Shown one piece after another: positions 11,710 through 23,431 of a DNA stretch of 64,000 nt. Location: assembly GCA_964016885.1 (NCBI GenBank), contig OZ024754.1, forward strand, positions 12,462,001 through 12,526,000. The letters run 5' to 3'. Under the pieces are notes generated by a model. That model saw only the letters and a program-made list of their open reading frames with translations. It was not told the origin of the DNA and made no database searches. The number at the start of each line of letters is the position of its first letter. Position 1 is the first letter of the stretch. This DNA comes from Eledone cirrhosa. Lineage: Eukaryota. The position numbers were made by a program, and so were the translations under genes.

Positions 11710-11850
11710 TAATTATTTCTGAAGACAGCATATATATGTGATGGTATGTATATTCTCTTTGATAGTTTGTATAATTTTGTACATAGATCTTTTGAATATG
11801 CATACCAATTCTAACACATATATGTCCTAGAAACGATCGTAAAATAATTA
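11710..11850 (+). ncRNA. Hammerhead ribozyme with long stem II (right arm)
   Basis: taattattt CTGAAGA(11719-11725) [104 nt including ggtatgtatattc/gaatatgcatacc] GAAA(11830-11833) CGATCG TA aaataatta; perfect 9-bp stem I. Confidence 0.78.
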
Positions 11851-11904
11851 ACTTTTTTTGTTTAATATAAGGAACTGTTTCTTTGTTTATTCATTATTTT
11901 TTAA

Positions 11905-11937
<33 letters not shown>

Positions 11938-11941
<4 letters not shown>

Positions 11942-12289
11942 TCATCATCATCATCATCATCATTTCATTTTACGTCCGCTTTTTCCCTGCTTGCAAGGGT
12001 GGGACGGGAACTGATTCTGGCTTGATTTCAACAGCTGGATGCCCTTCCTAACACCAACCTCATTTACAGTGAGTGCTGGGTGCTTTTTTGCCGTGGCACC
12101 TCCACGACCACTTTTCAGTGGTATGATATGGACCCCAGTCCCTATCATCTCATTTCTACAGCTGAGTAAACTGGAGCAATGTGAAATAAAGTGTCTTGCT
12201 CAAGGAAACAACACATCACCCGGTCTGAGAATTGAACTCACAATCTTTCGATTGCAATGCCAATGCTCTAACCACTAACCCATGTGCCT

Positions 12290-12291
<2 letters not shown>
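11938..12291 (-). mobile_element. tRNA-derived SINE with RTE-derived tail
   Basis: Full-length copy of the 10455-10795 family. Confidence 0.88.
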
Positions 12292-12372
<81 letters not shown>

Positions 12373-12677
12373 TATATATATATATATATATTTATTGTTA
12401 TATTTGGGGAGGGTCATATTGTTATAATATTGCCAGAAATAATAATTGTTCCTACGTTTGGCACAAGGCCAGCAATTACCCAGTGCATTACTGGTACTTT
12501 ATTTCATCAACCCCGTAAGGATGAAAGGCAAAGTTAACCTCAGCAGGATTTGAACTCAGACCATAGCATGGCATCCAACTCTCTACCGATACTGCCAATC
12601 CACCAAATAATAATAAAACACACCCACTGTTTGGTTTGGATTGGTTTTCACTTCTGTATCTTCTTTTATAACCCCAT

Positions 12678-12904
12678 AGTTAATTTATCTGGCAATCAAT
12701 GTTTATCATTGATTGACCAACAGTTAAAAATACAGATATAAATATATATATATATAGTCTATCAAAGTTCTTTTGTCACCACTGATGATGTCACAGATGT
12801 GTGACGAAAGAACTTTGATAGACTATATATATATATATATTTATATCTGTATTTTTAACCGTTGGTCAATCAATGATAAACATTGATTGCCAAATAAATC
12901 AACT
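12678..12904. mobile_element. Fold-back element with a hammerhead core at its centre
   Basis: Arms 12678-12779 and 12801-12904; CTGATGA 12782-12788, stem II gtcac/gtgac, GAAA 12806-12809, g-aa-c TT tgatagac. Confidence 0.7.
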
Positions 12905-13190
12905 CATCATCATCATCATCATCACCGTTTTACGTCCGTTCTTCCACGCTAGCATGGGTTAGACGGGTTGTCCTGTTGTGGGCAGTGTCTGGTCGGCTGA
13001 CCATGCCTTGCTCATACAGGAACTGATCTGGCTTGATTTCTACAGCTGGATGCCCTTCCTAACACCAACCTCATTTACAGTGAGTGCTGGGTGCTTTTTC
13101 GTGGCGCCTACACGTCCACTTTACAGTGTGGGCTGGGTGCTTTTTTGCCGTGGCACCTCCACGACCACCTTGCGGTGGGGGGGGGGGGGC
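12905..13190 (-). mobile_element. Non-autonomous RTE-derived short retroelement
   Basis: Near-identical to 34600-34890; gcacccagc/aggaagggcatccagctgtag body and (TGA)n tail. Confidence 0.7.
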
Positions 13191-15380
13191 ATATTGTTTA
13201 TATGCTTCAGCATGTACCCATGGGAGGTCGGGTACCCTGTATTACTGCGTGACGCCAGAAGTCACGGTCGTGTGTCATTGACTTTGAGAGGTGTAGTTGG
13301 GTAAGGTCGGCTTTTATCACCTCATCCCAAGTCATCTTGGGTCTCCCCACTCCGCGGTTTCCGTCAACTTCTAGTGCTCTGCACCTTTTTATGCAGCTGT
13401 CATCCTTCATACGCATCACATGTCCATACCAGCGTAACCGCCTCTCCTGCACGCAGCATTTGATTCCTCTTATGCTCAGTCTCTCTCTCAATTCATTTAT
13501 GCTTTGTCGTTCACGTATATTACTGTTACACATCCATCGGAGCATGCAGGCTTCGTTTCTCTCTAATCTACGTAAGTCTTCCACCTTCAGCGCCCAGGTC
13601 TCACTACCATGCAACATCGCTGTTCGGATACACGCATCATACAGTCTGCCTTTCATTCTGAGGGAGAAGCCTTTTGCAGCTAGCAGTGGTAGTAGTTCCC
13701 TAAACTTCTTCCATCCCGTTCTTACCCTAGTTATTGTACTTTCTGAGCACCCACCTCCGTTGCTAATTCGGTCACCTAGGTAGCAGAAGCTGTCTACTGT
13801 TTCTACAGGGCCCACCCAGAGATTGGTGGTACTTGTTTCCTGTGGCTGTTTGCTTGCTGTTTCAGCACAGCTGCTGCATGTGTATCCTACATTCTTAATT
13901 AAGCTTCCTGAGATCCCGCTACATCTCTTGTGTACCCATTGTTTGCATTTGGGGCAAAGAATGGAGTTCCTACCTACACCTTTCCTACATACTGAGCAAG
14001 GCCATTTCCCTGAGGGGATCTGGGTTCTGTTTTCTCGTCTACTTATAAGGACCTTAGTCTTTGTCATGTTGACTTTGAGGCCCTTTCTCTCTAGTCCCTG
14101 CTTCCAGGTTTGGAATTTATTCTCTAGTTCTACCATAGATTCAGCTATGAGTGCGAGGTCATCAGCATACAGGAGTTCCCATGGGCATCCGGTCTTAAAC
14201 TCCTCCGTTATTGCCTGCAGGACTATGATGAACAGGAGAGGGCTAAGAACAGAGCCCTGGTGGACCCCAACCTGTACGCTAAATTCCTCGCTATACTCAT
14301 TGCCAATCCTAACTTTGCTGACTGCTCCCCTATACATGGCTTGTACCGCTTTCACAAGCCATTCATCTACTCCTAGTTTTCTAAGAGCCCACCAGATTAC
14401 TGCACGTGGAACTCTGTCAAAGGCTTTCTCAAGGTCGACAAATGCCAAGTAGAGTGGCTTACTTTTAGCTAGGTACTTTTCCTGTAATTGCCTCACAAGG
14501 AAGAGCGCATCAGTGGTGCCTTTCCCTGGTACAAACCCAAATTGCATCTCGTCTATATTCACCCGGTCCCTAATCAGCTGTGCTATAACTCTTTCTGTTA
14601 CTTTCATGACCTGGTCCATCAACTTTATACCTCTATAGTTTCCTCTATCTAGTGCATCGCCTTTACCTTTGTAGCAGTTGACAATGATGCTACTGCACCA
14701 ATCTTTTGGTATGGCCCCCTCTAGTATTACCTGGTTAACGATACGTGTGGTTATAGTGTGACCTACAGACCCAGATGCCTTCAGCATCTCGGCAGCTATA
14801 CCCGATGGACCGGTTGCCTTCCCTATCTTCATATCTCTGATTGCCTTACTTACTACGCTGCCGCTGACTTGTACTGCTGGTCCCTCTATAGGGTCTACGT
14901 GGGGTAGGGTCTCTTCTTCCCATGCATTCTCCTCATTTAGTAATCTATCATAATGACTCTTCCATGCATCTTTCTTCTCAGCACTTGTGAGGGCAAGCTC
15001 ACCTTTATCATTCCGGATACACTTCTCTCCAATGACATCACAACTATCTCTGACACACTGCCTCGCAATCTTGAATACCTCCTGTTTCTGGTCCTCACGT
15101 TGTAAAACATGCTTGAATTTTCTATCCTCTGCTTCCCTCCTAGCTAAGTATACTTGTCGCCTAGCTTCCCTCTTGGTCTCTATGTAATGTACCCTGCTCC
15201 CCCCGTTCTTCCATTCTTTCCATGCCTGTCTCTTGGCCTTGACTGCTTCATCTACCTTATTGTTCCACCACCAAGTCACTCTCCTCCTGCTTGAGGTCTT
15301 ACTCCAGCCACAAACCTCATCCGTCGCCTCTAGTAAGTTATTTTTTAGGAACTCCCAGTTCTCTTCTACGTTAAATGTCT
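13191..15380 (-). mobile_element. 5'-truncated RTE-clade LINE with uninterrupted 2.2-kb RT reading frame
   Basis: ORF 13207-15429: WWN, NYRGIKL, QFGF, DLEKAFD, HQGSVLSPLLF, YADD, CxxC..CxxCxxWVHxxC, RLRWYGHV, GRP. The endonuclease region is missing and the first few residues of the ORF come from flanking DNA. Confidence 0.93.
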
Positions 15381-15736
15381 CTATCATGGGGATATAAAAG
15401 ATACAGAAGCGAAAACCAATCCAAACCAAACAGTGAGTGTGTTTTATTATTATTCAGGGCGGTAGATTGGCAGTATCGGTAGGGGGTCAGACGACATGCT
15501 TTGACGCATAGAGTTACGGCCCTTGCCATTCTGAGTTCAAATCCTGCCGAGGTTAACTTTGCATTTCATCCTTACAGGGTTGATAAAATAAAGTACCAGT
15601 AATACACTGGGTAATTGCTGGCCTTGTGCCAAAAGTAGAAACAATTATTATTTCTGGCAATATTATAACAATATGACCCTCCCCAAATATAACAATATTT
15701 GTTTCAACACACAATTTCATATGAAAAACGTTGCAA

Positions 15737-15794
<58 letters not shown>

Positions 15795-15798
<4 letters not shown>

Positions 15799-15940
15799 TG
15801 CAATAAAAAACAGTTTAGACTATTACTCAGCAGAGTACTCAATACTTGGGGTAGTAGAGTATGGTAAAATGAAAGAGTTGGGAACCCGACGGCTGAGCTC
15901 TTCCCGTTTCAACAGAGAGTCTGGAACTAGCTGTTGGAAC
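15795..15940 (-). mobile_element. Truncated hammerhead element between TA tracts (same family as 1-140)
   Basis: Minus strand: caacag..ctgtt GAAA cggg-aaGAGCTCa-gccg TC gggtt ... ctctactaccccaagtattgagtactctg; CUGANGA absent. Confidence 0.5.
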
Positions 15941-15988
15941 ATATATATATATATTGGATTATGTTGATCGATTGGTTATTGATTAGGC

Positions 15989-16106
15989 GATACCCACTGA
16001 TGAAGCAGCATAAGCCGATTGTGCATTGTTGTATAATATATGCAGACAGATGGTGCAGTGCACCTTACTGCTGCATTAGTGCTGCAGAAACTCGAGTCCG
16101 GGAATC
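15989..16106 (+). ncRNA. Type I hammerhead ribozyme with 83-nt stem II region
   Basis: gataccca CTGATGA(15997-16003) agcagca...tgctgca GAAA(16087-16090) CTCGAG TC cgggaatc; element bounded by TA tracts (about 15955-16250). Confidence 0.72.
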
Positions 16107-16247
16107 TTATAGGCACTCATTTTACGTGTGTTGTGTTGAGGCAAATAACTATGTGTATACTCTGGTAATGTATCTTACATTCCCCATTGAGTGCACTGAG
16201 ATACAACTGGTACTGGCATTGATAAATATGCTGGGTCCGTCAACCCT

Positions 16248-16316
<69 letters not shown>

Positions 16317-16888
16317 CTGTAACCATATATATATACTGTAACCATTATACTGTAACCATCGCTTAAAATCTACATTTTCATATTATAAATACCACCAGGA
16401 TTGAACGCCGTCTCTATCTCTGTTTGGTTGTCAAAATAGATATTAACATTCTCTATTAGTCTTAATTCTATCAACTCTTCTATTATTTACCATTTAATAT
16501 AAACTGCTAGAGATAAAATGAGATTTCTGATTTCTTAATTCAATTCCCTAATGCACATACCAGCTGGCTACTAGCATTGATGTTATTCAGCAGCAATCGA
16601 AATCTCCCCCTTCCTCAATTGACACTTTATAATTAATACTACTACACCAAATGACCAGCCCTGTCCACTGTCCAATTGGTCAAGTAGAGATTAAAATTGG
16701 CACTCCCAAAAATTCTTATTTAGATAAAATGAACCATTTACTCATGGTATTCTCATTAGAAACCCTTTATATACTTGTTTAGCAGTAAATTGAATTACCA
16801 TCTGTCATATACTATCCCCTCTCTTCTTCCTCTTTTACTAATATAAATACTTCAATTTTTCTGATTTTATCCAATTTATCCAAAATCT

Positions 16889-16997
16889 CTGAAGAAGTGA
16901 CAACTGATTATACATTTGCTATCGAATACTTGCTAACATTATATGATTACGCAAGCAGCGATACATAGGTATTCCGTCTGTTACAGAAACATATGTC
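16889..16997 (+). ncRNA. Degenerate hammerhead motif with long stem II
   Basis: CTGAAGA 16889-16895, gtgaca/tgttac, GAAA 16986-16989, CATATG, TC; stem I pairs poorly. Confidence 0.5.
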
Positions 16998-17193
16998 AAT
17001 ACCTAATAAATTCCTTTTTAAAAAAAGCACTTTCATTTTATATTCATCTTTTCTACATTTTCTCCGGAATATAATTTATACTCGTCGAGCAAACCTGCAC
17101 GTACGCTGTTCATCTCTAACGTAACGATACATTATCACTACATTATTGATAACCTGAAATTTTATATATATACATATATATACATATATGTAT

Positions 17194-17225
<32 letters not shown>

Positions 17226-17234
17226 ATACATATA

Positions 17235-17321
<87 letters not shown>

Positions 17322-17322
17322 T

Positions 17323-17356
<34 letters not shown>

Positions 17357-17357
17357 C

Positions 17358-17477
17358 GTTTACGGCCATATCACGCTGACAACACCGGTTCTCGTCCGAT
17401 CAACGAAGTTAAGCAACGTCGAGCCTAGTTAGTACTTGGATGGGTGACCGCCTGGGAACCCTAGGTGCCGTAAGCGT
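17358..17477 (+). rRNA. 5S rRNA: 5S rRNA copy (dispersed, probably a retropseudogene)
   Basis: TTACGGCCATATCACGCTGA...CTCGTCCGATC..GAAGTTAAGC...AGTACTTGGATGGGTGACCGCCTGGGAA...GTGCCGTAAGC; internal control region present, no T4 terminator, embedded in (TA)n. Confidence 0.93.
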
Positions 17478-17513
17478 CTAATATTTACATATATATATAT
17501 ATATATATATATT

Positions 17514-17612
<99 letters not shown>

Positions 17613-17743
17613 CCATTTAAAAATTGGTGCCCTATATTACTGCATATTGTAAGTGATTAAAATGGTTGGTGTTAGGAAGGATATCTGGCTGTAAAACATT
17701 GCTTGAGTAAAAGCTGATGCAGTATAAAAAGGGTATGTTAGTT

Positions 17744-17966
17744 TTAACCCTTTAATGTTCAAAACCAGCCAAAACCGGCCAAAATTCTCTACCTCTTTCT
17801 GTTGAAACTGGCTGTAACTGGTCACTCAAACTGAAGTTAAGGTATTGTTCTCAAAATAAATACTTTCAAAATCTCATAGATTCGATATTATGTGAGATAA
17901 TTATGTGAGGTAAAGCCTTTACCATGAAAATACAATAGTAAATATAGAGTAATGCTAAAGGATTAA
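17744..17966 (-). mobile_element. piggyBac-like (TTAA/CCC..GGG) MITE
   Basis: ttaaCCCTTTAATG ... GCTAAAGGGattaa; copies at 20733-20960, 28491-29595 and 46574-46970. Confidence 0.65.
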
Positions 17967-18184
17967 TAGAGAGATTCTCTAGTGCTAGAGGTTAAATAAA
18001 ATGTACCGAATCCATTTTGTAAAGTGGTTATAGCAAGGTATGGTATGATATGGTCCCATAACTTCAGGTAGAGTTGTAGGGGTGCGGTACATTAGTGAAT
18101 GTAGGCATGAAAGATACATAACAAGCACCCAATAACCTTTCTAGTGTTACTGGAAATGGACAATGTTATAAATGACCACAGGGG

Positions 18185-18655
18185 ATCATCCTCATCATTA
18201 TCGTATGTCCGCTTTTCCCTGCTTGCAAGGGTGGGACGCGTCCTATTCAGCACAGCATCTCTCCACTTGTCACGGTCCTTCGTCATCTCCTCGGTGAGCT
18301 GCAGTGAGCTGAGGTCTGCTCTCACCACCTCTGCCCATGTTTTTCGTGGCCTACCTCTACTGTGCCTTCCCTCCACTGGGGCTTCCTGGCACTTCTTTAC
18401 CCAGCGGTCATCCTCCATGTGCATCACATGTCCATACCAACGCAGTCTCCTCTCTTGCACACTACAACTTTATCCCTCTTATACCCAGTTTCTCTCTCAA
18501 CTCGTCTATGTTTGGTCATTCACGCACATTGACATTGCACATCCAACGGAGCATGCTTGCTTCATTTCTTTCCAGCCATCGCATATCCTCTGCAGTTGCT
18601 GCCCATGTCTCACTACCATGCAGCAGCGCACATCTCACACAGGCATCATATAACC
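18185..18655 (-). mobile_element. RTE LINE 3' fragment
   Basis: LLHGSETW, RRLRWYGHV, GRPRKTW; same family as 25770-27690. Confidence 0.88.
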
Positions 18656-18969
18656 AAGGGAATTGTAGGGGCACCACATTGACATACAGCATTTCCAGGG
18701 CATTTTTAAAACCTGGTGGAGGCAAGGGTGATAATGTTTATTATAATAATTGTTTCTATTTTTGGTACAAGGCCAGCAATTACCCAGTGTATTACTGGTA
18801 CTTTATTTTATCGACCCCGTAAGGATGAAAGGCAAAGTTAATCTCGGTAGGATTTGAACTCAGACAATAAAGGGGCGTAACTCGATGCTGGAAAGTATGG
18901 CATCAGACACTCTAATGATACTGCCAATCCAAATAATGGTAACAAATTTAGTCAATGGTTGTGATGGTG

Positions 18970-19075
<106 letters not shown>

Positions 19076-19508
19076 CATTAACTGTTTAATCATTCATTAC
19101 TGGTAGGTTGATTGGAGAAATTTATTTCCTAAATAGAAAATGTTCCACATTTCTATTTAGAAATTAAATAGAACAAATAAAATAAAATGAAATAAAATAA
19201 ATAAATAAATAATTAACTAGATAGATAGAGAGATAGATATAGAGATAAATAGAGTGATAGGGAGGGTGATAGAGAGGGGAAGAGAAAAAGTGAGAGAGGG
19301 AGGGTGATAGAGAGGGAGATAGAAAGAGAAAGAGTGCGAGAGAAAGAGTGCGAGAGAGAGGGAGGGAGAGAGTGAGAGAGAGTGAGAGAGGAAGATAGAG
19401 AGATTGGGAGAGAAAGGGAGAGAAAGAGAGAGTGAGAGAGAGAGTGAGGGAGATAGAGAGAGAGAGAGATGCTATACCAAGTGCCAATGACAAATACATA
19501 ATACATAC

Positions 19509-19958
19509 CTTCTTCGCAGTATTTCCCTATTGTTCCCAGAGAACAGTCACACCGAGGTTCATTGTTTTCTACAACACAAGTGCTGTTCTTCTGGCAAGGG
19601 TAATTTCCACATATCTGCAACCAAGCTACATTGAATGTCTCAGTAAGGAATTCCACGTGTTCAATCCCCCCTGGTGGTTTTAGATCCGAGTTCACCCCAA
19701 ATGGTTTCACATTCTTTTCTGAGGCATTTGCTTTTTCAGACCCACTCAAGTTATTTTCCTTCACTGTTTGTGTCTTATCCTTATTGAAGAAACCTTGTGA
19801 ATTATCAACAGGGTCACTGTCGAGACTTTCCGATACATGTTTATATCTCTTGATGGAACCTTCATTTTCTAAATAAATGTTGTTATGTTTTAGTTTCAGC
19901 TCCTCGTCACCATTGCTTTTAAACCGTAAATTTTGTGGATAGTTTCTTTCGATGGTTC
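19509..19958 (-). CDS. Internal exon of a host gene encoding a low-complexity spacer plus EGF-like domain
   Basis: Acceptor ttttttgtatttctttgcAG|G at 19958, donor GAAG|GTATGT at 19509; 450 bp, phase 1-1, open frame. Ends in CGNYPCQKNSTCVVENNEPRCDCSLGTIGKYCE (6-Cys EGF spacing). Confidence 0.85.
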
Positions 19959-20732
19959 CTGCAAAGAAATACAAAAAAAAAGAAATAAGTATATTATCAT
20001 AGTAACAACAACAACAACAACTATGACAACAACAACAACTATGACAACAACAACAACAACTGTGACAATAAAAACAACAACAACTGTGACAACAACAACA
20101 ACAGCAACGATTTCTACTAGAGTCACAAGACAAATAATTTGGGGGAGAGGAAAATCTAATTATATCGACCCCAGTTCATGACTGGTAGGTTATTTTATCG
20201 ACCCTGGAAGGATAAAAGACAAAGTTGACCACGGCAGTATTTGAACACAGAATGTAAGGAGGAGGAGGAGAAAAAGAAAAAGAAGAAGAAAAAGAAGAAA
20301 AAGAAGAAAAAGAAGAAGAAAAAGAAAAAGAAGAAGAAAAGGAAGAAAAAGAAGGAGGAGGAGGACAATGACGATGCACATGAAATAATTGTTTCTACTT
20401 TAGGCACAAGGCCAGCAATTACCCAATACATTACTGGTACTTATTTTATCGACCCCGTAAGGATGAAAGGCAAAGTTAACCTCGGCGGGATTTGAACTCA
20501 GAATGGAAAGGGCCGTAACTCTTTGCGACAAAGCATGGTCTCTGACACTCTACCGATACTGCCAATCCACCGCCTTTACCCACATAAAATAATGAAAGGA
20601 AAATATGTTCTTGGAAAAGATTTGAACTCTGAGTTTGGTGAGCCAGAATGATTACTACAAGACATGGGGTGTTTTATGAAGGTGACATGTACCTGCGGAA
20701 ACAATGGGTGACAAACGGTAGTGTGTTAACGG

Positions 20733-20960
20733 TTTAACCTTTTAGCATTCACATTATTTTATATATACTATTATATTTTCATGGTAAAGGCTTTACTTCA
20801 CATAATTATCTCACATAATATCGAATCTATGAGATTTTGGAAGTATTTATTTTGAGAACAATACCTTAACACCAGTTTGAGCAACCAGTTACAGCCAGTT
20901 CAACAGAAGGAGGTAGAGAATTCTGGCCGGTTTTGACAAGTTTGAACACTAAAGGGTTAA
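20733..20960 (+). mobile_element. piggyBac-like MITE (single internal unit)
   Basis: ttaacctttta..taaagggttaa termini; same body as 28491-29595. Confidence 0.65.
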
Positions 20961-22297
20961 GGTACTAAACATTTAGAAACACACACAGAGACAAACACAG
21001 AGACACACATATAGACACACACATATAGACACACACATAGACACACACACATAGACACACACTGACAAGTACTGCAGGAAAAAGTGGTGTGAATGACAGT
21101 GTGTGGGTTTTATTAACTAGATGACACATCATCGAGAAGAGTGTTGGTATGTTGCACTGTAGACCCAGTTAACCTTTGCTAGCCTGGCAGGAGTTGGATA
21201 AAAACTGATAGTAAAATAGTAATAATAATAAAATATGAACTCCAACATATATAATAAATACATACATACAACCATACATACATGCATACAGACAGACACA
21301 CATACATACATATATACATACAACCATACATACATAGATACATACAACCATACATACATATATACAACCATAGATATATACATACATTCATACATATATA
21401 CATACATTCATACATATATACATACATACACCCATACATACATATAAACATACACACATAAATACATACATACATACATACAACCATACATATATACATA
21501 CACAGACACACATACATACATACATACAACCATACATATATACATACACACAAACACATACATACATACAACCATACATATATACATACATACAACCATA
21601 CATATATACATACACACAAACACACATACATACATACATACAACCATACATATATACATACATACAACCATACATATATACATACACACATAAATGCATA
21701 CATACATACAACCATACATATATAGATACACACATAAATGCATACATACATACAACCATAGATATATACCTATGTATGTACACCTAAGTGTGCATGGTTA
21801 TGTTTGTGTTACTGTAATGTAAAAAGTATTTTTACCTTTGTTCTAAAGTAATTTGGGAGATGAAATCTCTAGAGAATAGCATGTGGTTCTAAACATCAAA
21901 AGATCATGTTTTTGACTTATCTCAGTCAAATAAGTTTCGGTGCAGTCATAACCATCAATGTTTATTTATAAGTTGTTATCCAGAACAAATCATCTAGAGC
22001 AAGTTTAGAAATCCTTTCTTATATGGAAATAATTAATAGTGCCCTGTACAATCTTCTTCAAACGTAATTTTCTTCACATGAAAACGGCTTGCAATCCTAT
22101 AAGAAGCACTGCCTCTATTGTTTGGTGGTTGATGTAATCTACCACATAGCAGCTTAGCATCACAACCCAGATCTTGGTTGCCTTTAGTAGTTTACCATTG
22201 GCTGTAGGCATTCAGATCAGGTTTGCAAATGGACATAAAATGTTGATGATGATGATGACGATGAGATTGTGTGTTCCAGTGGTAAGAAAACTCCCAG

Positions 22298-23126
22298 GAG
22301 AGCTGGACAGAAGGTGTTCAAGCCCTCAGGAAAGCTGGACAGAAGAAGGTGTTCAAACCCTCAAGAGAGCTGGGCAGAAGAAGGTGTTCAAACCCTCAAG
22401 AGAGCTGGACAGAAGAAGGTGTTCAAACCCTCAAGAGAGCTGGGCAGAAGAAGGTGTTCAAACCCTCAAGAGAGCTGGACAGAAGAAGGTGTTCAAACCC
22501 TCAAGAGAGCTGGGCAGAAGAAGGTGTTCAAACCCTCAAGAGAGCTGGACAGAAGAAGGTGTTCAAACCCTCAAGAGAGATGGGCAGAAGAAGGTGTTCA
22601 AACCCTCAAGAGAGCTGGACAGAAGAAGGTGTTCAAACCCTCAAGAGAGCTGGGCAGAAGAAGGTGTTCAAACCCTCAAGAGAGCTGGGCAGAAGAAGGT
22701 GTTCAAACCCTCAAGAGAGCTGGGCAGAAGAAGGTGTTCAAACCCTCAAGAGAGCTGGACAGAAGAAGGTGTTCAAACCCTCAAGAGAGCTGGACAGAAG
22801 AAGGTGTTCAAACCCTCAAGAGAGCTGGACAGAAGAAGGTGTTCAAACCCTCAAGAGAGCTGGACCGAAGAAGGTGTTCAAACCCTCAAGAGAGCTGGAC
22901 CGAAGAAGGTGTTCAAACCCTCAAGAGAGCTGGGCAGAAGAAGGTGTTCAAACCCTCAAGAGAGCTGGGCAGAAGAAGGTGTTCAAACCCTCAAGAGAGC
23001 TGGGCAGAAGAAGGTGTTCAAACCCTCAAGAGAGCTGGGCAGAAGAAGGTGTTCAAACCCTCAAGAGAGCTGGGCAGAAGAAGGTGTTCAAACCCTCAGG
23101 AGATCTAGACAGTAGAAGGTGTTCAA
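22298..23126. repeat. 35-bp minisatellite, about 23 copies
   Basis: Unit agagctgg(g/a)cagaagaaggtgttcaaaccctcaag; highly homogeneous, no spacers. Confidence 0.95.
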
Positions 23127-23431
23127 AGAAGAACCCCCCCCCCCCCATGCAAGTGTTTCGACCCTTAAATTATTACACTCTAAAATTTAAAAACTGACAT
23201 AAAATGTTGATTATGACGATAATGATGATGATAATGATGGCATTAATGACTAACTGTTGTATAAGATCCACTAAAACACAGAACATAGTGTCTCTCTACT
23301 AATTGACTATCATCTGTCTGTCTGTGAAAGACAATGGTGTAGTATCCAGAGATGTATCCATCTGCACTTTCACGAGTAACTGAACAGTCCAATATATGAA
23401 TGGCAGTCTCTATAGCATTTTCTGTAGATAA

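Larger units (their letters stand above)
11363..11913. mobile_element. Fold-back double-hammerhead element (about 200-bp arms plus 135-bp tail) in (TA)n, copy 1
   Basis: Arms about 11498-11699 and 11712-11913 are near-perfect inverted repeats; homologous over its full length to 40799-41345. Confidence 0.88.

Noticed and set aside
11363-11913. Interpreting the fold-backs as TIR MITEs or pre-miRNAs
   Set aside because: The asymmetric tail, locus-private variants shared by both arms and embedded hammerhead cores fit retro-insertion better; the arms are far longer than a pre-miRNA.
21130-21196. Second EGF-like exon fragment on the minus strand (SCQASKG*LGLQCNIP)
   Set aside because: In-frame stop, incomplete cysteine pattern and no clear donor.
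22298-23126. 35-bp repeats as a CRISPR array or as three overlapping proteins
   Set aside because: There are no unique spacers and the context is eukaryotic. All three ORFs are the same stop-free unit read in rotation because 35 is not divisible by 3.
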